From: Lama guanicoe
Lineage: Eukaryota
Direction: 5' to 3'
Assembly: GCA_013239625.1 (NCBI GenBank)
Contig: MU054541.1
Coordinates: 16,962,567 to 17,026,566, forward strand
Length of the DNA: 64,000 bases
Of this stretch, positions 12,278 to 25,229 are shown piece by piece (position 1 is the stretch's first letter; each line of letters starts with the position of its first letter). The notes beneath the pieces are model-generated. The model saw only the letters and a list, made by a program, of their open reading frames with translations. It did no database searches and was not told where the DNA came from. Both the position numbers and the translations under genes were made by a program.

Positions 12278-12822
12278 TTTTTTTATTGTGGTAAAATATA
12301 ATGTAAAATTTACCACTTTAATCATTTTTAAAATTACAATTCAGCGGCATTAACTACATTCACAACGTTATACAACCGTCACCACCATCCACCCACCCAC
12401 AGAACTCCTTCCGTGCTCCCACACTGAAGCTCTGTCCCCACTGGACACTGGCCCCCGCCCCCACCCTTCATCGCACTGTCTCCGCGAACCTGGCGGCTCT
12501 GGGAAACTCAGGGGTGGAATCATCTGGCTTGTGTCCCTGAGCACAGAGCCCTCAGGTTCCTTTGTGCTGTCGCAGGCGCCAGCATTTCACTCCTGGGTGG
12601 GGCTGAGTGGTGCTTCCGTGTGTGGACGGGCCTCGTTCTGCTTGTCCGTCATCTGCTGTTGGACACCTGGGCTGCCTCCCGGGTCTGGCTGCAGTGAGTA
12701 ACGCTGCTGCAGACGTGGGTGTGCAAATACCTGCTCCGGCCCCTGCTTTCAGTTCTTTGGGGCGTATTCTGGGGAGTGGAATTGCTGGGTCACATGGTAA
12801 TTCAGTGTTTAACTTCTTGATT
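12278..12822 (-). mobile_element. L1MB-type 3' end (3'UTR plus ORF2 end)
   Basis: ttattgtggtaaaatata..aaaatttaccactttaatcatttttaa..cattcacaacgttatacaaccgtcaccaccatcca..ggagtggaattgctgggtcacatggtaattc are hallmark antisense L1MB segments. Confidence 0.85.
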
Positions 12823-12849
12823 CACTTTTAAAATACAAGGAAGAACGTC

Positions 12850-15670
12850 CTCTTCCAGCTATGAAGGAATAACAGAAATCAGATGAAACCTTCTGTCTTA
12901 AAGTGGGAAACAGTATAGAGTGTGTCAAGCCGCCGTTGGACGTGGCAGTGCAGGGCTGTGATCCCGGGCAGCACAGAAACCAAAGAGGCGGGCCTGCAGC
13001 CCCCGGCGCCCTCCCTGGGCAGAGTCCCCACCCGGGAGCCTGGAGGGCACCTCTGGTCGAGAAGAGCGGTTTGGCCGAGTCGAGGAGGTAGAGGTCAGAA
13101 CGCAGACAGCCTCGGGCACCCGGACGTGTGCGCAGACGTCTGGGAAGGTGGGCTCTGCAAAGAAAAAGAGCTCCAGAAACCCACTGCGTCTCCACCGAAG
13201 AGGACGAAGATGTTCCGCAGCTTGGACGATGCCTGCCTGGGCGCTGGAACTGAGGGCTTCCTCGCGCTCACCGGGCCTGGGAGGCGTCTGCGCTCCGACC
13301 AGCCCTGGTGGGAGGCCGGGTGCGCACCGGAGGGAGTGGTACGGCTTCCGGAAGAGCTGAGCCTCAGGCACGGGACGGCCCCTCGAGCAAAGGCTGCTCT
13401 CAACCCAGGCTCTCAAAGTCTACATGCAAACTTCAGAAGAATCATCTGGACACAGGTAACTGAGCCTCCTGCCACAGCCAAGCCCAGCGTTCTCCAAGGG
13501 AAGACAGTAAATAAAATCTGGACTCAACAACATAACACTCTTCATGTTCAGCGTTCAGCCAGACTTCGCCGGAATGCCGAGCAGCAGGAAAGTGCGCCCG
13601 GTAAGCACGAGGCAAACAGACCGAGGAACGATGCTGCTGGTCTGCGCCGGGAAGGATGGGAACATGGCTGCCGAACGACGTCCAAGTGTTTTAAGAAAAG
13701 CATGAATATGGAGAGGAGAGAGAGGGACACATGCGTCTAAAAAGAGCCAGGTGGGCCTTCTAGAGACGGAAACTTAAGTCTCTGAAACGAGGAGCCCACT
13801 GTTGGCACTGCAAACAGGCGAGACGCTGCAGAAGAAAAGCCGCAGAGCTTACGGCCATCACGTCGGAAATGGTTCAAGATCCGCAGAGAGAAAGGTCTGA
13901 CGGGAGACGACAGTGTCTGGTTACCGCGGGGCCCCGACTGGCCCCCGTCTGTGTCCATGGGGCCCCGGGAAAAGAAAGAAAGAACCACCAAGAACTTCCC
14001 AGATGACGGAAAATAAATGCTAAAGAGAACATTTTAAAAGCAGCCAGAGGAAAAAGAGAACTACTTACAGAGGAGCAAATACAAGGCAGGCCTGTTGTCA
14101 GAAGCCGTGCCGCGGGAAGACAGCGGAGCTCGAGCTTGGACTGGGAGGCGTTTCAGGACCGGTGGACAGGCGGAGGCTGACGCGGCTGTCACCAGCAAGC
14201 ATGTGGCCAGAAGGACGGCGAGACTAGTTTGAAGCTTGGATCTGCGTGGAAGGAACGGTCCATAGTTTTCTTTTTTGGTGATGTCTTGGTTTTGATATCA
14301 CAGTGATGGCTTCGGGGAATGAGTTTGAGAATCTTTTGAGCCAGAGAAACAGTCAATGTGCAAAAATAAAGTTGTTTCCCTCCCACTTCTTTAAGGATTT
14401 TAAAAATTTAACGATAGTCGATTTACAATATTGTGTTTTTTTAGCCTCATTTTAAAGCTTCCTTAAAAGGCAACCAGCTGTTGAAAGTAAAGATGCTGAC
14501 AGTACATTACGAGGTTTCTCGCACACGTGTGCGTAAGTCGCACCACAGCAGTGGCGCGGTGCCCGTGTCGTTTGTGAGACTCCTGCGCAGGACGCGATCG
14601 GCGTGGAATTACTGGAAGACAGACCGCGGGAAGCTGAAGTGCGCTCCGGGCCGTCTGGAGCAGCTGCTAGCACAGAACGAGGCGAAAAATAGCAGCAGGC
14701 CGACAGCGGGGTTCAAGTGGAACCCCAAAGATGTCCACCTAGGGAATGCGGGAAAAGAGGGCGTGTGAACAGGCGAGAGGTGGGACGGGTGGAGGACACA
14801 GCGCCGAGAATCACGTCCGTCCCGGTGCTCCGGAGCCTCTGATTAGAAGAGTGAGAGTGCTGGACTCGATAGAAGAGCCCGGTGCCACCCACAGGGACAC
14901 ACGTTAAGTGTGAACACACCGGTGGCCTGAGGTCAAAGGACGGAAAAATAAACCATCCAGACGCTAGCCACGGGGAAACCGGAGCGGCTCTACTTCTGTG
15001 GGACAAGTTAGACTTCATTCAATTAGGAGTGAAGAGTCGTTTCGTACCTCGACGGGGTTGACCCATCGTGAAGACGTGACACTCGTAGACACATACGCCC
15101 CCAGCCACAGATATTTCAGAGGCCGACAGAGCTGAGGGGGAGGGAGGACGGGCGAGCTCTGTGTCTTCGTGCTTCGGTGCTTCCTTCGTGAGCGGCAGGA
15201 CAAGCAGACAGAAAACCCGAGGAGCCGGGTGACCGAGCAGCACAGGGGCCCTCCCTGACCTACGTGGCATTTCGAGCACACCTCCCAGCACACTTCTAAA
15301 TACCTGACAGGTCAAAAAGAAGTCACAGGGAAATCAGAATATATTTTGAATTAAATGAAAATGAAGGCAGCACACTGAAGTTTGTGGGATAACTGTTGAA
15401 GTGCTGCTGAGAGGGAAGCTTATGGCTCTGCATATTAATATGAAAAAAGAAGACCCCAGGCCAGTTCTCCAAGCTTCCATCTTAAGAAGCCAGATGCAGA
15501 AGAGCAAATTAAATCCAGTGCGAACAGAACCAAGGAGACAAGAAAAACACAGATCGGTGAATCAGAAAACACTGGAGGAGATCAGTGCGACCAGAACTGG
15601 GATAAGCCTCCGTCCAGCCTGATCCGGAAGAAGAGAGCAAACAGATTACACTCCGCAGAAATAGAAGAGG
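12850..15670 (+). mobile_element. Decayed, internally deleted L1M (5'UTR, ORF1, ORF2 endonuclease and linker), with small antisense L1 pieces at ~14250-14440
   Basis: ORF1-like aaagagaacattttaaaagcagccagaggaaaa at ~14021; endonuclease-like gtcaaaggacggaaaaataaaccatccagacgctagcc at ~14932; the ORF at 15401 reads LRGKLMALHINMKKE (cf. ORF2p LRGKFIALNAYIKKE). Confidence 0.8.
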
Positions 15671-16509
15671 GCGCGCGTCCTGTGTGCTGCGCAGCGGTGT
15701 CGCTGAGGAAGGCCCAGAGCCAGCCTCACCGGATCTACTTCCGACTTAGACAGTGACCTCCACCTTGTTTCAGTGACAGACTGAACCGCGGATCAAGCGC
15801 TGGTGTCCTGTCAGAAATGGCCTTTGAGTGCTCTAGAACGTTTCGGGGAAATCAAGAACTGCTCCTGAATCCCTCGATAAAAGGGGGAGGGTTGTGAGGT
15901 CTGCCAGCGCAGGGTGAAGTGCAGGCTCTCCAGCCGGTCCGTCGCGTCTCCTCAGAGGCCCCCACCTGTGCCCCCACCTGCGCGGTCTGGGCTGTGGGAA
16001 CAGAGTGTTCACAGTGCGTCTGAAGTGTGGAATTCCTTCTCAGGGCCGGATAATGAAAGCAGGATGGCTTGACGAGCGCTGTCTGCGAGTCGTGGTCCAG
16101 TGTTTGTTTTCTTCCCAGCGTCCTTCCCGGGCTCTTCCGTGGGCCCCAGGCAGCAGCATACCGATCTCAGCTGGACGCCGGGCAGGGGAGCCAGGGCTGC
16201 TCCCGGCCCGGCCCCGCTGCAGCTGTGACTTCTGACAGGGCCAGCGAGGCCTTCTTGGGAACAGTGTCTGCACAGTCAGACACCCAGCAGAAATGAGCAA
16301 AGAAAACACACCGGGAGGGAACAAAGCTTGGAGAGCCGGGGGCGGGGGCTGAACCTCGGGACTTCTCCAGACCCTCTTTCTCCCAAGGATGCTGATTTCA
16401 TTTCTCTCTTTCGTGACTCCGTCGATTCCGTTCCCACGACGCCCCGTTCTACTCTGCACATGGTGTGGCACGATCTTGTGACCTGTGACAGCACAGCCCG
16501 GCGCCCTGT

Positions 16510-16660
16510 TCCCTGGGCCTGAAGCCCCACTCTGCAGCCTCCCAGGGCCGTCATCCGCTCTGTGCCTCCGCGTCTCCCCTGTGGGACGGGGACAGTGACA
16601 GTACCTGCCTCCCAGGGGCGGGTGGAGGTTAACTGTGCGGAGAGATGAGAAGCAGCCAGG
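16510..16660 (+). mobile_element. MIR SINE, strongly GC-shifted
   Basis: ctctgtgcctccgcgtctcccctgtgggacggggacagtgacagtacctgcctcccagggg aligns to the MIR core ctctgtgcctcagtttcctcatctgtaaaatggggataataatagtacctacctcataggg. Confidence 0.75.
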
Positions 16661-16996
16661 CCAGGCCTGACGCGTCTGCGTCTGCGTCAGCGATAACACG
16701 GGTAACTAGTGGGAAATGGCGTTTGTCAGCAGAGCATGTGAGGGGCAAATGAAATGTGAAAACAGTAGGACTGGCCAACTGATGATATGTTTGGGGACAA
16801 GAAAAGTAACTAAAGTCACACGGTTTCATGCTTGTGTGACCAGAAGGACTTACCAGACAGGTAGTTGCAGGAGGAAGGACGGGGCCCATCCCAGCCAGGG
16901 TGTTGTGGCCCCAGGAAGACCTCTGCCGCCTCCGGGCAGTAAAGGCCATTTGGCAGGATTGTGACACCTTCTGGCTACGTTTTTCTCCTAGAGAGC

Positions 16997-17140
16997 CGAG
17001 GTTCTCAAGTGTGGTGCTCTGCGGGTCGCTGGGGAGCCTGTGAAAATGCAGATTTGGGATGAGTAGGTCCGGGCGGGGCCTGGGGCTCTGAACCTCTAAG
17101 GAGACTGCTGGTCCCTGGACTGCACCCTGCGCAGCAGAGC
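16997..17140. mobile_element. MER5-family DNA transposon fragment
   Basis: ggttctcaagtgtggtg..ctggggagcctgtgaaaatgcagatt..gtaggtccgggcggggcctg..gctggtccctggactgcaccctg. Confidence 0.65.
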
Positions 17141-20100
17141 CTGGGGGGGGGGATGGGCGTGGAGCCTCCAGAGTGGCAGGGACCCTCTGGACCTTGTCTT
17201 TGGTTGCCTGTGACTGCCTTGTCCCTGTGCTGGACGGGCCGCCCCTTAAGGGCAGCACGAGGTTCTGGGCCCACCTTGGTGTCATACACGTGCTGCGTAA
17301 GTCGACATGTCCGTGAATCAGTAATGGAAGAAGAGACTCGGGAAGTGGGGGTTTGATTTAAGGGTTTGTGTGTGTGTGGCGGGGGGAGGGGCGGCAGATT
17401 CCTTTAAAATGGAAAAAGCTAAAAATTCCAGGTTTCCCGTGAAACCAGTGAAGAAGGCCTGCGGCTGGTTTAATTCCTTCCCTCCCCGTTCCTTCTGCCC
17501 CTCACACCTCCAGTGAGTCCTGAGGTCACTTAAGTTGTAGTTGAATTGAATCAAAAGTGGGTTGAATTTATCATCTGGTAAACTGAGATAAAGCGTTCTC
17601 TGGACGCCCCATTTCTGGCATCGGTGACTCTGGGACTGCTCTTGGGGGGACGAGGAGCCCTGAAAGCCTGGAGTCTCACCTGCTTGCCTTCCTTCATACG
17701 GTTCGAAAGAGAGCAGCCGGAGGAAGACTGGGGTCTCCAAAGGGCAACACTGGAGTTTCTGGAAATACTGGCCCCTAACGTGGGACGAGCGAGACGCCGG
17801 TCACCTCGGAGCCCGAGGAGCTCGTGGTTCACCAGGAACCGGCCACGCCGCCAGTGCCTCGGGGGTCAAGCGCTTCCTGCAACTGGACGTATAAGGTGGT
17901 TTGCTTCGTTCAAAGATGACAACGGCAGTCTGTCGAGAGCAGCACTGGGCACTGGAGAATGTCCAAGGGCTTACCTCTGGGGGGACGTTTACCATGCTTT
18001 CCTGTGACGTTTTGCATTTTAAACCATTCGCCACTGATTGCTTACATCCCAAGAATAAGCAGAAGTCCGTACATGCACGACCGAGCCCTTGTTGAGGTCG
18101 CCGTCGGGTAATTCTGCTCCTGAATTGTAGTGTGGGAAGCACAACCTGTAACTTGAATTTTATACGTCACTTTTCACGCACCTGCATTTTCTTCCTGACT
18201 TAACTGCCAGACATAAGTTTGTTCTGCCTAAAAACGTTGTACGGGAGACTGATCATACTAATGAGAGAAGATGAAGACGAGGGAGCCGCACGTGTGGGCC
18301 TTTTCATTTAACTGCAAAGCCGGAGTTGAGACATTAGAGGCAGAGCAGGGGGGCGTAAGGTCATCTTTGCGTGCAGCTCTGTCTTCTCCGTCACCTTTCC
18401 TGCTTCGAGGAAGCTGTGTTCTTTTGTGGACGCGCAGTTGTGCTGTGAGCTTGTGCTAAGATTGAGGGTTTTTTTTTTTACATCTTTTTTATTCCTGTTG
18501 CTTTTACGTGACGCTGCGCAGGTGTTACTGGAACGAACCCTGGAGGAGGAGTGAGTACCCTTTCCTCTACGGGGAGGCAACACACGCCTTACTTTCTAAA
18601 AATAAGTCCACGTTTTGTTTGTGTTTTCTGAAGGAATGAAGTGTGACGTTTTGTTAGTAGAGTATTTTAAGCTCCAAATTTGTGAGCGATGACATATAGG
18701 AATTCTTATTTCTCTAAATGGGTGAAGTGTCTGCGCTGATGAAACAAAGCCCCCAGCGTAACGGAGGTGATTGTCAGGAAGGGGAGACATGAATGAGCAC
18801 GTCTAGGGGTCAGAGTCCCTTTGTCTTTAGGGCCTGAAGCTGAGCTCGGTGCAGCCTCAGGGACCTTGGGATGCCGCGGGCCCTCGCGCGGAAGACAGGG
18901 TTGGCAGCATTTCTGGGGACACAGCCTAACACAGTCCCAGAGGGACAGACCCTTTCATGACAGCTGCTTGCTTACAGCAGTCCCGAGGCGGGGTCTGGCT
19001 GGTCCCCCAGGTCCCGTGGCCTCCTGTAGCCCAGTAGTTGTGGACAGAGTGGTCGGGCTCCAAGCTTGTCCTGGTCTCGGGGATGGGGACTCTGTGCCTG
19101 GCAGCCCCGCAGAGTTCCAGGGTTTGAGTGGGAGAGGGGTGGGGCCCTCTGCCAACGGGGGGGTGTTACTCTAGAAGAAAAGCGAGCAGAGGTGCTGGCA
19201 GACAGCAGTAGTGAGCGGGGAGTGGGAGCCCAGAAGGGTGCTGTGGGCCCCACACCTATTCGGCTCAGCTCCAGGCTGAGGCTGTGCTTCACTGAGAAGG
19301 GGACGGAGGCACAGAGACGCTCCATGCCCACCAGGGCCACCCAGCTGACGGGCAGAAAGGCCGGGGTCCAGACATGATGTTGTGCTTTCATCCTTCCCGG
19401 GTCTGGCCTCTCCAGGACGGTCTCCATGCTGTGATGGCTGTGTGCGGACCAAGGCCAGGGCCCAGGGAGGGCGGCGAGCCTTGGCTTCTGCACGTTCGAG
19501 GCCCGAGTTCTGATGAAAAGAGCCAGGTGGGAAGGGTCTCTCCAGGGAAATGCCCACGCCGTGTGGCTGTGGACTTCCTCTGTCGCCAGAAACAGATCCC
19601 AGCTCCCTGAGCACCTCCCATGTATGGGTCTGCACCTGCTGTCTGCCACGCTCAGGGCTCTGTGTCCAGCCTCACTGGGCCTGACGAGTGGATGCGTAAA
19701 GGCAGCCTGTCCACGACGTCCTCCCGAGAGGCCGTGGTCACTGGAGTCCCCCGAGTCCGGGAGCAAGGCCTTCAGTGCAGTTCACTCCCAATGGGGTGAC
19801 AGCTGCAGAGGGTCCCCCCAAGAGGCCAGGGCAGGCAGGGGCCTGGGCCACACCCCAGGGATGTGGACATGGATGTGGACGAGGAGTGGCCAGGTGCTGG
19901 CAGTTAAGACGGAGACTCTGGCCTGCTGTGCTTTGCCCACTTGAAGGAAGGTGCATACACTTCCTCTAAATCCCGGACCTTCTCCTCAGCCTCACGTACA
20001 TGGCCTTCCCGTCTGACAGGCCAGTGAGTACCCGTAGCATTCTCACCTGGCTGTTTGGGGATCTGTTGTAACTTCCTGTTGCTTCCACTGTTTTTCTAAA

Positions 20101-23100
20101 TGTCCATTGACGTTTTCACTGAAAAGACATGACCAGCATGTTGCCATCTGTGCATTTAGAGGTGGCACAGATACTGCTCCTGAAGCCTGGCTTCACCGAG
20201 TGGCTTCTGCTCTGAATTATGAGAACACAGTCGCTGGCTGCGGGTCAGTAGCAGGTACTCGGAGCGGCCGTACCGCACGCCGTGCTGGGACCACGAGGTG
20301 TGACGTCGGCGATTCAGCCCCTGCCGGTCATTTGCGTGGAGGAGGCACCCTTGTGACAACACCTGTTTCTTCCCCGAACATCCCGCTGTGTGAGAGTGTG
20401 TGTGAGTGTGTGCACGTGTGAGTGTGAGCGTGTGTGTCTGGAGGAGGCCGTGTGGGCCGGGTTTGGCTCTGCTCCTCATGTCCCAGCGGCTTCTTCCTAA
20501 ATGAGCTGAAAAGGAAGCGCTTTTCTCCTGCAGTTGAAATGACAACGTAAACCAAACAGGCCGATGCTTGTCTTGACTAATTTTCTGTCCTTAATCTTGT
20601 TGAATGTTGAGAAGAGAGCTGTAGGAACAGCCCGCAACTGTGAGTGCCGCAGCGGGGAGGCGGGGGCTCAGCCAATGGAAACATTTTTCATCGTTTGTGG
20701 TGCCGTATCTGCACTTTCAGTCAAAACAACAAGGCCAACGTTATTATACGTTTAAAAAGAAACTCGTTTCCAAAAGCCTTCTGGCTCAGATAACAGGTGT
20801 CCTGTGCTCCTGCACGCTCCCCCTAGCTGGGACCTGTTTCCTGGGTGGGGTCCCGGCCCCTGGGCCTGAGGTTGGGGGGAGGGTGGGGTGGCTCCGGGGC
20901 ACGTCCTGTGTCCCCGAGGCTGGCACGCCCGGGACTGTGTCTGATTTGCTTTATGGGAAAACATCCTTCCAGGCATGTTGGAGGAACAGAAATTCCCATG
21001 ACGCACATTAAGGGGTCTGTTTCGGAGGGAGGTCCGAAGGAAAATCCCGGCTCTGCGTTTTCTCCTGAAGGAAGATTTCATGCTGTAGCCGAGTTTCTGT
21101 GCTCCGTGGTCTCTTCAGACCCCCTCTGACCCGGAGCTCTAGCCCCACCTGCGGTGTGCTGCCTCTTTCTTTGCATCCGACCGTCTCACCGACTGCATGA
21201 CATCTGCGCAACCAAGAGGTAGAAACATCACTTGGCATGTGCCGTGGGGCTGGGAGAAGACTGCCAGGAGCCTGTCCCTGCTGTGGGCGCTGGGAGAGCC
21301 CGGCGGAGACACCCCACCAGACCCAGGCCTTCAGCAGTACCTCTGCCGCATCTAGTCGTGGTGCGGAGAGTCAGGCTCTGCACTCCAGCCTCGGCCCTCC
21401 CGCAGTGGGAAGGCTAAGCCCTACCGTGACTTGCACCTACTAACGTCTAAGATATGTGGGGTCTTAACCTATTGAAAACTCCAAAATGAAGCTGTCTAAG
21501 TGAGGAGAACTTTTACCGGAGCAGCAGGTTTTTGACAGTGACACGTGTGGGTCTGGGGTGAGCCCTCGTGTCACCGGGGCCTTGGGGGCTAGGGCAGCCC
21601 TCACTCCACTCCACGTGGAGTTGATGCAACTTACTGGGGAGCAGGTCAGATAAGCTCTTTAACCAAAGAGCCGTCGGATCCTCAGAGCGACGGCTGCCCC
21701 ATTAAACTCAGCAGAGTCTCCACAATGTGCTGCCTACCCGGCGTGACAGTTTTCTCTCGGTGCCAGACGCATCTAAGCGAACCAGGGCATCTCCTTGCCT
21801 TGAGGAGCGTAGGCGCTAACTGGGTGACAGTAAGAACGCACTGTTTACAGACACACACGAGTGGACGATGGTACCGTGCAGACTTATCCTATCAGTGCCG
21901 AGGTGGCAGCGTGTTGATCGAGGTTGGAGTGAAGTCTGCAGGAAGGCAGATATAAGTGGGCCCTCGGCCAAAGCGGGAGATGTGGCCGAGAGATAGGAAG
22001 AGGGAAGGCACTCCAGATGGGTGGAATGGCACGGAGGCAGGAGTTAGTGAACTGTGGGGGCCGCGGGCAGGCTGGCAGGCAGGATGGACCAGCCGGGCCA
22101 CACTGGAGCCCGGCAAGACACGCACGCCTATGGCCTAACCCTCTGCTTCTGGAGCTGCCCACTCGTTCTCGTGTCTTAGTGCCACAGCCTCCCTGCAGCC
22201 AACAAACACCCTGGCCTCCACGCTTCTGCCAGGTGCCCGGCCGGGCACTCTGGTGGCCCTGTCTGCCTCCGGCCCCTGCCACACATTGCTGTGGGGGCCA
22301 CCAGGCTTCGAGCCCTTCAAGGACAGAGACTCGTGCCTGTGTCCTCAGCACCCAACTCAGCTCAGTGCCCAGTACTCAGCAGGCACCCGGTCAGGATTCG
22401 TGGGAGGTGGGAGGTGAGCTTGGGTGCAGAGAGGAGGGCAGAGGACAGACCGCCCCGAACTGTGGCCTGGATTCTCCGACAGAGGTGCGGTTCTGGTCCC
22501 TGAATGGCCTCCTCCCCACCGCAGCCCCTTGGTAGGACCGACACGCATTCTGCTTCATCCCGTAAAGGAAGGGAAACCCCATCTACAGGCTTTGCAGGTG
22601 GACGGGATGCCCTGGCCGGGCTGAAAGGAATAATAAAGCAGGCGGATAGAACAGGATGAGCAGACAGACAGCCAGGCTCGTCAGAAGCGGGCCGTGTCTG
22701 TGAGCTCGCCTGCACGGTCACCGCACGGTTGCCGCACAGCAGAGTGGAGGGGACAGTGTGGGTCGTTTTTATTTGATCTCCTGAACCTCCCTCCTCAGAG
22801 AGGAGCACACAGGCTCTCTCCCCTGAGTTAATCACACCACCGAGTTCCTACCGACACAGCGGGACGGAAGACAGGTGGAAGGTCAGGCTTCTCGATTTAA
22901 TAGCGTCCGGTGATGCTGGTGGAAAACAAGGCGAGGGAAGAACTGACCAGCCCACAAGCCTCACTGGCAGTAACGTTTGGGAATCCCCTCACCCCCGTAG
23001 GACGGACAGTGTCCTTGTCAGAGGACATCACCCTTCTGCCCCCTCCAGCCGTGAGAGGGAGGCGACCTCCAAGCCCGTCCCCGCCGGCGGCTCAGCGCGC

Positions 23101-23391
23101 CAGAGCCCCTCCCAGGTGTGCGCTGCAGCGTGTCCGCCTGCCGCCGCGGGTGCGCGCATCGGCCGGCTTCCCCGCGGCCCAGGGCTGGGGAGCTCAGCTT
23201 TGTAAAGGTAGCCGTTACTCTGACAGGTCCCGAGACGGCTGACACCTGGATTTAGATGTTGTGAATTGATGAGCGCAGCGTGACAGCCGGAGCTTCTTGT
23301 TAGTGACAGTGATCATTACTGACGGACGTCAAGTGGGAGACCGAGCACACGTGGAGGCCTCGAGTCTCGTTTGGGACCCACACACAGCTCT

Positions 23392-23718
23392 CACACGTGC
23401 ACATGTCTCCAAGTGCACCGCCCCCACGTGCACACGTCCCACGGGCCCCCCCCACGGGTACACATCTCCACATACCCGCATCTCCATGTGCACCGCCCCC
23501 ACCTGCACGCGTCTCCATGGGTACACGTCTCCCTGTGCACCGCCCCCCACGTGTGCGTCCCCACGTGCACGCGTCTCCATGGGCACACCCCCGCCCGGGT
23601 ACGCGTCTCCACCTACATGCGCCTGGATGGGCACCGCCCCCACGTGCACGCGTCTCCGTGGGCACACCCCCACCCCGTACGTGTCTCCACGGTGTGCGTC
23701 TCCACGTATACGCGCACA
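23392..23718. repeat. Degenerate GC-rich minisatellite, ~30-31 bp unit (CACGTGCACGCGTCTCCATGGGCACCGCCCC) built from ~15-bp subunits
   Basis: Repeated cacgtgcacgcgtctcca and gcaccgccccc blocks; produces periodic ORFs in several frames. Confidence 0.85.
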
Positions 23719-23949
23719 AGTCGCATCTTCCCGCCGGTGCTGCCTTTCAGGAGTGAGAGCAGGCTTGGGGATTAAAACAAGGGACTCGCCTTCCCCTTCA
23801 CCTCTGCTCCACCGGCCGGTGCCCCTGCCAGTATCTGGGACGGTCCCTCCTCCTGGCCTTTGGCTTCCGCCTGCCCTCAAGAAACTCGCCATCCGCCCTC
23901 CTCCAACATCAGCATCGTGAGGTGCTCAGATCCTCCCCGTCTTTAAGAA

Positions 23950-24950
23950 GTGCACTCTTCTCTGCCTCGCCCATGGAGCCACAAGGTGCGGAGGGGTCGG
24001 CTCTCCTCCCTCTCTCCCTCTTCCCCTCATCTGCTTCCAGCCCCGCCCCCATCACTCCATCAGAGCAGCTCTTCCAACACCCCGGGACCTGCTTCAGCTC
24101 TGGAATCCTCCTTGACGCCCGGGCCCCTCCCCAGACACCCCCCTACCCCCGCCATGTGCCCTGCAGTGTCCTCCGTGGAGGAGCCTGGAGCTGGACTGAT
24201 GGTGGCAGCAAGCATCAGCTGCTCCCACGTCCATCCTGGAGGCCGGGTCGGGGAGGGGGAGGCTGCGGCGGGGAGGAGGGGCCGGTGGGCACCTGGCGGG
24301 CCCCCTGGCATCAGCAGGGCCCCAGCCGGCAGCCCTGCTGTACGTGAAGCTCCTGTTCGTAGTGGTTTTTTCCTTCACTGTTTTTCTCCGGTTACTGCAG
24401 CACCTAATTTAAACTCTGATCACCAGCAGGAAGCGGCCCAACCCCACCAGTCTCACCCTGCACACCCCCACTTTCCCAGCTGGTCCTACCCGACGGCTGG
24501 GCCATCCCGCCGCCCTTCACCCTGAGACAGGAGATGTGCTCCTGCTCCTGTAAATGTCCTGATTCTCCGCAAGATGAGCGTTTGCTCTGCTCTGGGGTTC
24601 TGTGTCCTCTCTCTCTGGAGATCCTGTTTACAGGGTCGCACACTTCCGGGGGGTCACGTTGGCATTTGCCTCCATGTGTCTGAATCATGCGCTTTTGTTG
24701 CTGGTCCTTGATGCCCTCCCTCCAGGCATCTGTTCGGGTACCCCTTCTTCAAAGCCAGAGCTCTGGCCCCGGTGCCCCTGGCCCCATGCTCTGTCCTCTT
24801 GTGGTTTGGGTCCCGGTGGGTCATGTTCGGTGTCACTCTGTCCTGATTGACCAGTGATTCCATTCCAGGAAACCGGTCCTTTTTTCTGTACAGTTGTCCC
24901 TTGCTTACGGTAGACCTGATCATTGTCTTCCTCCATGAGCCTCACTTTCT
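23950..24950 (+). mobile_element. Possible highly diverged L2 fragments
   Basis: ctggaatcctccttgacgcc resembles L2 ctgggagtcatccttgactcc; pyrimidine-rich L2-like texture; alignment weak. Confidence 0.35.
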
Positions 24951-25229
24951 GTGTGTTTATCACCCACTTTCCCTCAGTCACCCCAAAGGTGTTCAGGCCC
25001 CTGGGTCACCGTCAGGCATGTCTCCCAGAGCAGACCCTCTGGAACCTTCTGACCTGATCCCATCCGGACTGGTGGGCCATTGCTGTCCCCTGTTTTCCAG
25101 CGTCCTTTTAAAGACTCTGTGGTTTGGTGAAGCACAATCTTGATTACTCTCCTGAGAATGCTGCAGGGAAGCAAACATTTTTTGCCCCAGCACATCTGAA
25201 AGTATCCCTGTTCCATCGTCAGAATCACT

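Noticed and set aside
23297-23920. Repetitive Cys/Pro/Thr-rich protein (CTAPTCTR repeats)
   Set aside because: Translation of a minisatellite that is open in several frames on both strands; no splice or codon evidence.
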